Source: Adineta vaga (taxonomy: Eukaryota; Animalia; Rotifera). From it: a DNA stretch of 64,000 nt. Positions 27,903 through 41,846 of the stretch are shown here, piece by piece. Position 1 is the stretch's first letter; each line of letters opens with the position of its first letter. Location: assembly GCA_021613535.1 (NCBI GenBank), contig CP075492.1, positions 10,230,001 to 10,294,000 on the forward strand, given 5' to 3'. The translations under genes were made by a program, and so were the position numbers. The notes under the pieces are model-generated. The model made no database searches, was not told the DNA's origin, and was given only the letters and a program-made list of their open reading frames with translations.

Positions 27903-30849
27903 TTATCTGCCTGAAGTCGTTGTTAATGATTCATTTGTATTATTATTGCTATTATTATTTCCTATTGATGATGATCGTGTGTAGAATAAGAACAAACCAC
28001 CACATAAACATCGATTATTTAAACGATAACTTAGAAATGGATATGGTTTTGATTTGAATATTCGAGAAAAATTTGAACAACGTAAACATCGACGAAATGT
28101 GGCATTGGATGATAGAGACATTTTGTTTAAAGTAATGATATCAAATTTGATATCTTGTAAATTATCATCATTTAAAAGTGTACTACTATAGGATGATGAT
28201 GATTGATTATTTCCACTACCTCCTAATGTATCTGCTGTTATTGGACTTCCATAAAGATGAGCAGCAAATGCTGGTGCTTGTCCACGAATAAATGTTTGTG
28301 GTAAACGTGAATTTTGTATGAGAAATGGATATGGTTTTGGAAACATACCATCTGCTTTCGATTGTAAAGTTTCAATATCTAATACTGAGAATTCTTCCAG
28401 AAGAGATTCATCGAATGTACCTAATTTTTGACCTTAAATAGAAGTGAAGAAATAGTTTAGAATTACCACAAAAAAAAGTCTCGCGAAATATTACCTTCAA
28501 TTTTCTGTGTAAGTCTTGATAAACTATTATAAATATCTTTTAAAACATCCTTTTGTGGACTTGTATTTGTTGTTTGCTGTTGTGAATCTTGTGTTGTTGA
28601 AATAGTTTGTGAAACTGGTTGTATATGTGCCAATTTACTATAGGGAATCTTATTCATTTTATTTAATATATAAAAATAGATAATAAATTCTCTTAACCAT
28701 TGTATTTGTCTTAAATCATTAAAAAATTGTTTACATGTTAACCATTGTGGTATTTGTTGTAATTGTAAATAACCAATAAGATAAAAAATAATATCTGATA
28801 TCCAATTAATTAATGATGTAAATGATATCAATTGATAATGACGTGGATCAATGGTTGACAATTCTGGAGGTAATGGTTGATCACCGAGATATTTAATACG
28901 TTTCGTATCAATATTTTGAATAAATGATGATGGTTGTTGAAGAATTTCTTGAGCTGAATCAACAAAATTTCGATTCGTTGGTTCGTATATAAATAAACGA
29001 AGATAATCACGAACAATTAATAAAATATGGTAAACAAGTAGACTAGTTAAATGTTCACAACTTTCAATTGAAAAAGGTGAAGCAAGACGATGTAAATGAT
29101 AGAGACATTGTTTTAAACGAACAAAATAATTTCGTTTTAACTCAACTGTTAATTCATCATATCGTGCGACTAATTGATCAACAAGTTCATTGATTATCAT
29201 ATTATCATAATTTGAATTCGATATAAGACATGAAACATCCCATATATCACATGGATGAGGAAGTTGAACGATATATTGTTCAAATAAATGAATAAGAACA
29301 TTGAGCATGGATGGTGTGGATGCTTGATCAAGAGTTATTGTACGTAGAAGAACAATAACACCACTTTGAGTAAAACCAAGACAACATGAACCTATTGAAA
29401 GAATATGATTCGTTCATAATTATTTGATTTATTTTATTCTTACCTGATGATGTATGTTGAATACGAAGAAAATGTTCGGATTGATTGGCATTTGGTTGTG
29501 TAAATAATTCAGTATTATTCAATGGAAAACATTGTTCTTTACATTTTAAATTTAATTTATCATAAATTAATACTGATCCATCATTTAATGATATAAGTAA
29601 TTGTCGACCAAATTGACCATGAAAATCATTATCTTTAATTAATAATTGACTAGGTGATAGAGCGATTGAAGTAATACATGATTGAGGAGAATTCAATAAT
29701 GTTATAGATATCCATTCTTCTTGTTCAAGATTATATTCATAAAGATCAATTAAATCACCGGTTGATGAAGACATTTGCGTTAAAATACAATCATTACCAT
29801 TTCGTTGAAAATAATTTAAAGATTCTAATTTACCATAGCATGATGGAATACGAAAACCACGACGTCGACATGATATATACGATACTTTGGGTTCATATGC
29901 TTCATAATGAACGACAAAAAAATGAACAAGAGCACCTTGTATACGTTCACCAAGAATAACATTAAAACCTTTATCTGTTGCAGATATATCACCTAGAGAA
30001 ACACTTAATGGTTCAAATTGAGAGAGAAAATAACGATAAGGTGCTGATGATCGATTGAGTGGTAATGTATGTATCTATAAATAGAAGAATCGTTTCATTC
30101 TTGAAAATATTCTTGATAAGAAAATTTTACCGTTCCCGATGTGGTTACACACACAAAATTGCCTGTATTGAGAGCATATGATAACATTGGCGCTTGAGTC
30201 TCTTCTTTACCATAGAATAAGGAATCTTTTTTTTCAAGATTAACAATTATCTATAACATATTTTATAATAGTTTTTAATCTTCAATAACAAAAACAACTC
30301 ACGGGATCTTCATGAAAAACATATTTTGCAATAAGAATATCTTCATTTGTTTCATATTGATATACATTATCCATTGTATTGATACAACCATTCTAAATAT
30401 AAGAGTACGTATTCAAAAAGAGATAGAATAATTAGAAAATATATAATTAACCTTCATTTTAAATATACGACAAACACCGGTTTGATTACATACAAGTAAA
30501 TGTGTTCCATCAAGACTCCAAGTAAGATGAACAATGGGTACATTCGATGTAGCAATTAGACCAAAATGCCAGGGTTGTTCAAGTGAACATATATAAACAC
30601 AGAATGATGATTTTGCTGCTTGTTGTAAAGGTCTACGATAACAAAAGACTCAATGGATGTACAATTGAAAAAATAAATTTTAACCTACGTAGAAACAAGA
30701 TGTGGACTATATTTTAATTTACTAGATGGAAATAGATAATAACATGAACAAGCGAGAATATTCATACAGGATATATCCATAGCTAATACACGTTCAAAAT
30801 CTTCACCATCATTCGTCATTTTCACATCAACTGCATATACAATTTCCAT
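27903..30849 (-). CDS. MED16: Mediator complex subunit 16
   Basis: N-terminal MEIVYAV..SCMNILA WD40-like region, WHFGLI, LTWSLDGTHLLV, G.INTMDN, and C-terminal FRRCLRCS...RCLCGG zinc-binding motif typical of Med16. Confidence 0.85.
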
Positions 30850-32468
30850 GTTCAATATTGCGTTTTCTCTACGTTAACTCAAAGTCAAGACAAGAAAGAT
30901 TTTGTATTTGAACAAAGTTAAACTTCATTCATTCATTTCTTTTTTATGTTAAAGACCAAACATATTATTTGCCTATTCCAATAGCAAATAGTTTTAATGT
31001 CACTAGTTGTCATGAAAAGACAAGAGAAAACACAACACACACAATAATCAATTCAATTGTTAATTATGGCTTAATTCGAATTAACATATGCTGCACATTT
31101 TGTTCTATTGTTTCCTTTCTCTTAGTATTTAATTCGATACATTGGATTTAGATAATACTAAGAACATCTCAATAGATGTTTTTGCGTAGAAAGATTTTAA
31201 GATTTCAATCGTACCGAGTACCAAGATATCAGATTATTCTTTTCATTCATAGACAAAAACCTATCAAGAACGTAATAGAGTATCCTAGATACACATCAGT
31301 TTCTATGTTCAACAACTAACGATGATAATTTTCTTAATTAATAAAGAGTACATTTAGTTCGATTCGATTCATCATCTTTCATGTTTATTAATCAAATCTC
31401 TATTTATTTGCATACATATAAATAAGATCCAAGAAGTTCTTAGTAAGACCTATGAGTACTATTTTCTCGAATAGTTCAAAGAGAAAAACATATTGAATGC
31501 ATTCTCTAAGTTCAATTTTGTTGGCATCTGATCGAGAAAATACGGTCGATAAATAATATTTTACACCAAAAGGTTAAAAGACAAAAAAGAAAAAATTCAT
31601 ATGGTATAAATTATGATTGTTATAGTAAAGCAAAACCTATGGAAATGATTTTGGAATTATTCACTAGCTTTTAAAGATCAATGTTTATATTTATTCTATA
31701 AATATATGTATTTGATAATGGAATTATAAATAGCTAGTATATAGAAGTCAAGTTCATGCACTCCAGAAAAAAAAACAAGCTTTTGATCTATTTAGTAAAC
31801 GATGAAAGACTTTAGACAATTTTACATCCAATCTCGTCTTTCATTAAGTATATCATACTACCGATAATTTCCGGCGGAAATGTGTAACATTCTGTTGTCG
31901 ACATCAAAGATAAGGATTAATCAGTACAAAATCTTCTTACTGACATTTAACTAAAAATATAAACATCTGCATATAAGATTGCTTTGATCAAGTCATTCAT
32001 CTATTTTTCTTTTGATTTGAAAAGAAATAATAAGCATCTAGTTAATCTTTCATTTCTATTGAAAAATCGAACCGGAAAGAACTAATGATTGATGATATAC
32101 TTTCTTGGTCTAATTACTTTTAAACATTCAGACAATCAACTCCCGTGATGTTTCACACGTCATCGGAAACAAAAGACATTAGTTTTCTTCTTGTCTATAC
32201 GTGTCAATCGAACAATGTATGGTATCTTGAAGCAAACAAAAGCTCCGTTAAGCATCTTCATAACATCATTCCTTTGAAACGAGAGAAAAATGTCAAGAGT
32301 AACTACTGAAAAAAAAATTATGTGTGTGTGCGTAATTTGATAATGACAACAAGAATTTAGATGGAATTATTTATAACAAAAAACATTTCTTCTGTGAACT
32401 TATGATATAAACAACATTAAATGACAACAATTAGAAGATGAAGATGAAGAAGAAGAAGAAGAGAATTC

Positions 32469-33777
32469 TTAAACCATGACAATTGATTTCATATTTACAG
32501 TTGTACTTTCACCACCGAGAACTAAACTTCCAATATAAAATCGTGATGAATGTCTTCTTGATGATCTACGATCAGCTGCTGATGGACATAATTTACAACC
32601 ATGTCTTAACATATATAAACGATTACGAAATTCTTCTCTATAGATACGAGATAATAAACAATTTGTATAGAAACGTGATGCTGATATTAAATACCATGAA
32701 AGATAGATTAATATAATAATTAAACGTGCAACAGTTGATTGGGCAACAAATGAAGAATATTTTTCAAATAGATAAGCTATTTCAGTAATGATATGTACAA
32801 GAATAAACGGTGCAACATTGATAGAAATTAAAATCACCATTTGTCCATCCATACGTGAACGACGTCGATGAGAATAGATTAAACGATTGGATTTATTGAG
32901 ATATTGAGATGATGTTGGATTGTTATTTGTCGTTGTCGAAGATGGAGAACTAACAAATGAACTTGATAGACGACTTGTAATTGTTGTTGAATGACAACGA
33001 ACAACACTCTCTAATTTAAATGACGTTGACATATCGGTAAGTGCTTGTTGTTGTTGTGGTTGATCCGATGATGTTGATCTTCGAATTCGTTTTTTAAGAT
33101 TTATTGTAATTAAACATGTACGACTTATTGATATAAGAATAATTGCAATCGGTACTGTCATATACATTGTTATGTAAATCACATGAATAAATATTTCACA
33201 AGCGACATTCTTTTGTCCACACTCATCATTAATACATAAAAATGTATAGAGAACATTTTGAACTAGACTAGATAATAATGATACTAAACATAAATAGATG
33301 AAATTTGTTCGAGTACATAATCTTTGACTTCGTGTTGGCCATTCAACTTTAATCCAACGATCAAGAGAGATAAAAACAAAGATCCAAGAAAATCCAAAAT
33401 AAAGCTCATAATTAATTCTAAAAGAGAAAGATTCAATGACAATTAATCTAGAGACAAACACGAAAATTTTACATAGTAAAGAATCGACACCAGTGAATGG
33501 AAATTCCAAAGACATTGATTTGATAAATAACATCAAGAAAATATTGTAAACTTGCAAATAAATTAAAGATATCAACAAATGCCATGATTAAAAAGAGAAA
33601 TCCTGTCGAATGATGGCGAAGTTTTCTTGAACTAAATGTAATTATGGATAAAAGACAACCAGTATAACCAAATAAATAAAGTATAATACAAGTAAATGCA
33701 ATAAGAAAACGTAAACCGGGTATATGAACAGGTATCAGTAAAGCCACCGAAGTTGTATTATTCATTCCAATGCTCAT
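32469..33777 (-). CDS. Class A (rhodopsin-like) orphan GPCR, peptide-receptor-like, 2 exons
   Basis: Seven hydrophobic segments, N-terminal NTT sequon, TM2 MAFVD, TM3 Cys (WCRF) and SLDRW, long Ser/Thr-rich ICL3, helix 8 IYREEF. Intron at ~33418-33472. Confidence 0.88.
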
Positions 33778-35093
33778 TATGAATGATTTCTCTTATATGA
33801 GAACAGATCTTTACATAAAAAGAAAGCAAAAGAATGAGAGAAAGTAACGGATGTTATATGGAAGGAACGAAGCGGAAAAGGAGAGATAGAAATCTCGGTT
33901 TCTTTCTTTCTTGTTTTTGCTCTCTCTCTCGTTCTCTCCATCAATTAGTCTCACGAGAATTCGAAATGATAGACAAATACAGTTTATCATAATTTAACAC
34001 TTTCGCTTGAATAAAATTTCTTCTAAATAGATACCAAAACTCACGTCTATTCTTTTACAACAATCTGTATCTTTATTCAAATCATTGAACTAAAAATAAG
34101 TAACGCTTGTCGACACGCGATTATAATGTCAAGAAAAAACAAAAAACACGCATAGTCTATATTTTTGAAAAAAGAAAACTATTCTCATGTCAATCATGTG
34201 CGTAAGTATTCCTACGCAAAGTACTTCAATCAGACAGGGATGTACTATTTTAGTTCAGTCCATCACACAATGACATGTTTTGGTTTAATTTTTATGTCTG
34301 TCACTCTACATCTCATTGTCGACCGACATATCTCTTCAAATAATTACATGTACAGGACTAAAGAAATATTTTTATGGTTTATCTATAACTTTGTCATGTA
34401 ATTAAATCAAGATTTGCTCCTATTCGTCGGTATATATATATATATCTGATCTCGAAAAATTGTCATTGAATATTCAATCCAAGTATTTTCTATCTTAATT
34501 GTCTATGATAAAATTTTTGTCAAGATATTTTCAAAAGAACAAAGAAAAAAAGTTCTATGAATAAATCATTCTTTCTTTTTATTAACGTTTGAAGAAAAAA
34601 AAAACTAAATATGTCTTTTTTAAAATTGTTGAGTGGGTACAAATAAATAGATCATATATAAATTGAACCACAATGAACCATGAAAAATATGGCATTATCT
34701 GTCTATCAGTTGATTATAACTGTCATTTACACATGGTTGTCGTCATCATTATAGCCTGAAGTGAAATAAAGAAGAAAAACTAGAGAGGAAAGCGATGAAT
34801 ATTGTAATATAAGTTCTTAGAGAACATGTTTTTCCTGTTAATATATCCATTCGATATTATTGGTAGCTATTTATTTAAGTGCCAGAAAACCCGTCACGTC
34901 AGATGATTTTATGGAAGATTGACAGATAGTCTCATTCTTATCAAATATCTTCAGGCTAGTTAGTTTTATATACTTTGATTCTCGTCTTTTTCTTCGACAA
35001 GCGTCTGATTCAGTTCAATGAGAAAACATCTTTAATGTTTTATTATTTGTACAACAAGAACATAACATAAAGAAAAACAAAATCTCATAGTGT

Positions 35094-38000
35094 TCAATGT
35101 TGATGTGTTGCACGATGTCGTAAGATTTCGATACTTGTTAATTGCATTGTTTGATCACATATTTCACAGTAATAATCTTTTGCTGTTGGAACTGGTGTAG
35201 CCGTTGTACCAGTTAATGTAGTTAGATTACTTAAAATAGTACTTTTATCTAATTTTGTTTCTTTGGATTTTAAAATTGGATTGTCATCATTACGTAAAGC
35301 TAAAATGAACAAAAGAAGAAAATTAATTCAAAACTTTTCCAAGAATGAATACAAGAAATTTATCCAGGTATTAAATAGAATGAATCAAAAAAGAAAAATA
35401 ATCTTGTGATAAATCATTAATATGCTCATTGTTTGTCTATAAATAAAATAAGGAAGTATGCACGATAACACGAAATAATAATAGGAATTATATGCTTATG
35501 AAGTCCTAGAAATGTACACATATATATATAGACAAACTTTCGTGAAATTATCTAGAGTTAATTTTAAGAATATATCCGTTAATAGATAATTAATTCTTAT
35601 TGATAAAAGCAGACAAGCATAAATAAATTCATGCTTGAATATGAATTTCCTTATTAGAATCTGCCGATCTATATTTATTTCTTATTCACTGGGTGGTTTA
35701 ATCATCTTAAATACGCATTTTTTTTCTTGTCATTAAGATGAACAATCTGCCCCTGTAAGAGATGTTCTTCTATTAATAAGATTTTAATCCAGAATAATAA
35801 GAATTATTCTTGAGAAGGTTCTTACAATTTAACTGACATTGATTCTCATGTGCAACACGTTCGGCAACTGTCACAAGAATATCTTCATTACAATATGGAC
35901 AAGTCCAATGTTTTTGCATTGTTGCACCAGCATATTCTGACCAAAACGATTCTTGATCATCATGTGATCGTAAACTAAATGAAACTAGTATTTAAATTCG
36001 AAGTTTAAATATATGTATATTTCTTACCAATTATAAGTTAAATACTCATTGATTTTGTTACTTTCTTGTTTAATATTCATCTCTTCATCCTCATCTTGTT
36101 CTTCTGTTTCTTGAGAATTTCGTCGATATATTGTGTCTAATTCAGCTACATAAAAAGAAGAAAATTTTGTTTTTCTAATTGAAGAAATTGTTCATTACCT
36201 GGCAGAACACGACGAATAGTATAGAGACAAGAATTATCGAGAAATTCTGTCATTTTTATCGAAAGTAAATGTTGTAATTCATATGTTCGTGGTTTTGAAA
36301 CCAATTCAATATCGATCGATTTATTTAAATCTATAAATTAAAAAAGAATTTTTCTTTCCTTGAAAACAATACAAGGACATTATACCTTGTAAAGTTAATT
36401 GAAGTAGAAGATCTCGAGCATTTCGTAATAATAAAACAGATGATATAATACTCTGTGCTGCTTCCGAATCTTCAAATGTTATTTCAAGCCATTGATCACA
36501 AAGTACACGAGTAAAATCATTATTTGTTTCTAATGTTGACGCATAAAGAAATAATGTTTGCATGGCAGGTGAACGCATGACATTCATAATATAAGGTTTA
36601 TTCGTCTCAATTAATGTACTAAATTAATGAAACAATTCATTGTTCAGATAGATTAAATTAACGTTAAAACACGTTTACTCTATTTATCTAAGAAGTTTTT
36701 TTTCTTCTTCTCTTTCTCAAGTAAGTGCATAAGGAAAAGATCTAAGAGATTTTTGTATGACGTCAATGGAAAGTTTCATATTATCTTTTCGAGTGTGCAT
36801 GACAAGTAGAAAGTAGCAATATGTGAAAGAGTAATAAGCACATTATTAATTATCTTTTCCAAATGTTTCTGATAGTCTAGGTGACAGACATATTAATAGT
36901 AAGATAATTAACAACAGAGAATTTTCTATACTTACACATAAACAAGAAGTTCATGTTGGTTACTGAATACTTGTTTTTTATTATTCGAACTCGTTATCGT
37001 TTTAGTTGACGTTGGTGGAAGAAGATTGTCAGGATCATAGGTAAAAACACTTGTTGGATGAAGCACCACAAATTGTTTCGTCTAAGTGTAGAGGAAAATA
37101 TGAAATGGTTTTTAGATAGCTGACGTTATTGTATATACTTTTGTATGAAAAAATTGATCACAATCTCGTTTATAATTATTGAATTCATCAGCAATGGCAA
37201 CTTGCGGATATAAACCAGAACAAAGAATTAATTTAAGCATATTGATATCTTTTGAATGATAATTTTGACTATCTGTAGACATTTCTTTCAAAGCTGTTAT
37301 ATCATTGATTAAACGAAATTCAATATCACGAATTTTATCAGTTGTTTTCGGCAATTCCTTTTTCGAATAATCATCACCATGATCATCCGTCATTGAACTA
37401 GTGGTAGATGAATCCTATTTGAAAAAAGATAAACAAGCAAATCAAAAATCTTCGTTCTATAAAGATTTTTTTTCATTCGTTTTTACTTCTAATTTCAAAA
37501 ATTTTCTTTGTTTTGATTCTTTATCATGTTCAGATCTAAGATCTTTTAGTTGTTGTTTCTTTCTCCAATGTTCACGTTTTTCTAATGTTGTTCGTGTTTT
37601 CGATTGTCGATAATCAATTTCAAGATTATAATCCTGCAAAAAAAAAGTATACAGAGAGAATTCTTTACTAAATGTTAACTTTTGATTCATACTCGAAGTA
37701 TATCTTGAAATTGTCGACGAAGTTTAGTAATATCATAGAGACGTTGTTCTTCAACACCTCGTCGTTTACACCATTGACGTGTATTTTGTCCATCGGATTT
37801 CACCTATTTAATATTTACAACGAAACAATTAGATTTAGAATAGAGTTGAATGTTTATTATACATAAATCCATTCATCGAATAGATTAAGTAAAGTAAACG
37901 GATCACCATGTTTAGACATCATAGGTCGACGACGTGTAATTGTTTCTGGATCACATTGAAGAAAACTAAGAAATGGTGATTGAATACTTAATGCCGATGC

Positions 38001-40515
38001 CATGATTAATATAGGATTCACATACTAAACAAAATAAATCGATAAGAATAAAATGAATATCTTCAACGTGTTTTGGGTTTTTTTTTAAATACTTGAAAGA
38101 TACATGCAAAAATAAGCATTTTTCCAATAGAAACATCAACAGGTAATCGAGCGAGCATAGAACCAATGGAAGTTAATGAACAATCAATTGTTGATAGAGC
38201 TGCCTGTTCTTGAAGACGAAGTAAAGCACTATCAATTGCTACCATATCTGGTGGTTCAACAAATGGAAATCTATATTTAAATAGTAAATCATACGACGGA
38301 AAATTCGATGTGTTCTTACTTTCTCGGATCTTTTAAACCCATGGAAATCATCTGTAACATCAATGAATCAAGTGGTACTCGTCGTATTTCTGGTGTTGAA
38401 TATTCTTGAAAACTTAAATAATCTTGTTCACTATATAGACGAAAACAAACACCAGGTCCTGTACGTCCAGCACGACCTTTTCGTTGTTCAGCGCTTGCAC
38501 GACTAATATTGAATTCTTGTAAACGTTGCATTTTATATTTACCATCATATGACATTTCTTTCACTTTGCCTGAATCAATAATAAAACGCATACCATCAAT
38601 TGTTACTGATGTTTCAGCAATATTTGTCGCTATTACACATTTTCGAACACCTTCAGGCGACATATCGAATACCTTTAATCGAGAAAAGAAAGCTATCGAT
38701 CGATGGAAAATGAACATTTTCTAACATACTCTATCTTGTTCTTCGAGTGAAAGTGCACTATGTAATGGAAGAACGATCCATCGTTGAGTTTCTTGAGCAT
38801 AGGATTGAGTTGCTTCCATGACTCCCTGAATTTCTGCCATACCACTTAAAAATATTAGCATATCACCACGATCACTTGATGGATACTATTAAATATAATT
38901 CATAAATATTCAATGAAATGAAATCTATACTTTACTTTAGCATCAATTTGTTCCATTATACGTAAATATGGTTTTGCATCAATTTTTGACGTTTTACTAG
39001 CAGATTCTTCGACTTTTATAGGATGATAATTAACTTGTATTTTATACAAACGACCAGGAACCTGAAGTATAAGATTATAAGTAATTGATCAGTCACTGTT
39101 CCATTTTTTCATATTTCAAAAACAAATACAAACTTTCACCAGGACAATTATCAAAATAAGTCGAAAACAATCCAATATTGATTGTTGCAGACATAAGAAT
39201 AATTTTCAAATCTTTTCGTTGAGTAATTAAACATTTTAAAATACCCATAATAAAATCGGTAAATAAATGTCGTTCATGAACTTCATCAATAACCAATATA
39301 TCATAATCAGATAATGATGAATCTGTTTGAAGTTGTCGTAAGAGAATACCTTCAGTCATGAAAATGATTCGTGTCGATTGTTGTCGAGTTTTTTCAAATC
39401 GAACCTAAAATATGAAATCATTAAAAATTTCAACAAGATCATAACCAATTGCTTTACTTGATAGCCAACTTGATGATCGTATTCATTTAATGTTTCATAA
39501 CTCACACGTTTTGCTAATGATATACAAGCAATTCGTCGTGGTTGTGTACAGGCTATTTTATTAAAACCAGCTTCAAGTAAGAATCTTGGAATCTAAAACT
39601 CTAGAACATTATTCTAATTTTGATCTAAAATATCGAATTCCGTCAAACCTGTGTCGATTTTCCACAGCCTGTATCACCAGCAACTAAAATGACTTGATGA
39701 ACTTTTAATTCTTCAAGAATCTCTCGACGATGACTTGCAATTGGTAAATGACTTTGATCATGTCGAAGTTTATGAATTCGTTTAAACTATTTGATTACGA
39801 AGAAATAAAGAAGAGAAAAGATGAAGAAAATTTTACTTTTTCTTTTTGATTCAAATCAAAATAATATTCAATTATTGATTTAAATTCTGCTAATCGAGTA
39901 GGCGATAGTCGATAATGTTCAATTACTCTTTCACCAGTCATATCGTACCGTGGATCAACATGTGTAACGGATTTACTGATGGTTATAGTAGCATTCAAAC
40001 GATGTCGTTTTTCATAGAATAAAGGTAAATTCAATATATTCGTTCGTTGTTGATCTGCATCTAAACATTTGAAGACATGATTTCTATTTGAAAGGAAAAT
40101 ATATCTGTACCAGGTGGTATGGATTTAGTTGGTTGATGTCGTCGTTGTTGAAATAATTGGTATTTTTGTACAAATTTCCAAAGATCTTCGATACTAGTAG
40201 GAGAACTAAATGACATCAAATACGAAGAGATGTATATGCTTCATAAGATAAATAAATTACTCGAACATCGCATTGTTAGCAAGAAATGTTTCAGTAAGAT
40301 AATCTCGTCGATGAATCCAATCAAATGATGGATCAATTGCTGGTTCTTCAATTGATTGTTCCGTAGTTTTTGATCGTTGATGTTTACGACTATCTTTCTC
40401 TTCATCTCGTTCATCATCCGAATGATCTGAAATGAGAATATTGATTCTAAAGAGTTTTAAATAGAGAATAATTCTACATACAATGATGTCGTTTATGTTT
40501 TTTTGTATGGCTCAT
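35094..40515 (-). CDS. DHX34: DEAH-box RNA helicase DHX34 (NMD factor), multi-exon
   Basis: [47 protein letters not shown]2/OB region [11 protein letters not shown], and DHX34-type C-terminal zinc finger YYCEIC..EILRH. Confidence 0.93.
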
Positions 40516-40681
40516 CAGAGATCAATTCATTACCAAAAAGCCGACTAACTAACTTCTTCTTCATCTCTACTTTACTCTTGTCTTGCATAAGTATTAGTGA
40601 AACGAAACGAACCATTCCGTTTCTTCATCCATAGATGTCAGATATACGTTTTATTTTAACAACAAAAAAAATTTTAAATAT

Positions 40682-41335
40682 TTAAACTTTAATAACATTC
40701 TTTTTCAAAAATGGAAATACTTTCGAACATTCAACACTGATCACAAATACGAAAACATTAAGAATAGTCAGAAGTGAAATAGCGATTCTTTCACGTGTAT
40801 GGATTAGACATGTATCGATACTGATGAAAATTGAATCAGATTGTTGGTCAGCGTCGTGTGAATGTGGAATGGAAACTGTTGATTGAATATAAGCCATTTT
40901 AAGATTAATTAATGTATGAATGGTATAGAAAATGAGTAAAAACATAGCAAAAGTAAATTTCATTAGAATATAGATTCGATAGAGATGAAAAGACGATTTT
41001 CGTATAGCTTCAATGGAGAGTAATAATGTAAAGAATGAAAAATAGAGAATGTATAAACTTATTTGAGATATATGAAATGATAAATATTCTGCCATAGGTA
41101 ATCGACAAAGTGAAACTGCAGTTGAATTTGATGGAAGAATCTGATGAAATAGTTGATATATCTGTTCAAATAGACCTAATTCAATGGTAATGGCATAATG
41201 TAGAAGAAAATCAAGAAAGGAAATAAGATAGATGAAATTTTTAATGATTTGAATTCGACGAGATTTCATTTCGAACTTTGATTTCGTTGGAGTATTTTTT
41301 ACAGTTAAAATCAAACAATCTTTGACATCGGACAT
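40682..41335 (-). CDS. Uncharacterised ~4-TM membrane protein (single exon, 217 aa)
   Basis: Long ORF in AT-rich DNA with about four hydrophobic helices and Cys in the predicted loops. AATAAA lies ~25 nt after the stop. No family recognised. Confidence 0.6.
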   Translation of the reverse strand: MSDVKDCLILTVKNTPTKSKFEMKSRRIQIIKNFIYLISFLDFLLHYAITIELGLFEQIYQLFHQILPSNSTAVSLCRLPMAEYLSFHISQISLYILYFSFFTLLLSIEAIRKSSFHLYRIYILMKFTFAMFLLIFYTIHTLINLKMAYIQSTVSIPHSHDADQQSDSIFISIDTCLIHTRERIAISLLTILNVFVFVISVECSKVFPFLKKNVIKV

Positions 41336-41663
41336 GTTTTTATCGAAATAATAACAAACAGAATGAAATAAATTTTCGAATAATTCTTTTACTTATAGAT
41401 TTATGGCGCATTATAAAAATAGTTTCATATGTTAAGTGAGTGAGTGAGTCAGTCAGACAGTTAATTTTGTGCAGATCAAATGGATACCTTTTGAGTTGTG
41501 TAAGAATCTTTGATCATTCAGCAATAGTGCACTTACAGCATCCAAAAGTAAAATCGAATTAAACTGAACTCTTTATTAAATAAAATAAAAAGTTCGAAAA
41601 TATCACTTGCATGATTAAAAGCAGGATTGAGACAATAGTTCGTTTCAAAAGAAAATTATAGAA

Positions 41664-41846
41664 TTAGAGATCACGTCCATAGCCTGAGAACAAAGCCATA
41701 GCCAAGAGACCAAGAACTGCTAAAATAGTACAAACAATAATGAAGCATTGGAAACCGGAACATCTACAACAGCAGCAACAACATTTTTTTTCGCTATCCT
41801 GCTGGTAACTCGATGCCTTCGATGTGGACGTTCCCTTTTGTTCCAT
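41664..41846 (-). CDS. Small (60 aa) cysteine-string single-pass membrane protein
   Basis: MEQKGTSTSK...KKCCCCCCRCSGFQC followed by one TM helix. GC is locally elevated with mixed TGT/TGC codons, and an acceptor-like tttttgtag lies 15 nt upstream of the ATG. Confidence 0.6.
   Translation of the reverse strand: MEQKGTSTSKASSYQQDSEKKCCCCCCRCSGFQCFIIVCTILAVLGLLAMALFSGYGRDL

Noticed and set aside
32140-32172. Small hairpin (minus strand ccgATGAcgtgtgAAAcatcacgGGA) downstream of the GPCR, resembling a SECIS or hammerhead core
   Set aside because: The helix is too short for a SECIS, the GPCR has no in-frame UGA, and the hammerhead CUGAUGA core and stems are incomplete.
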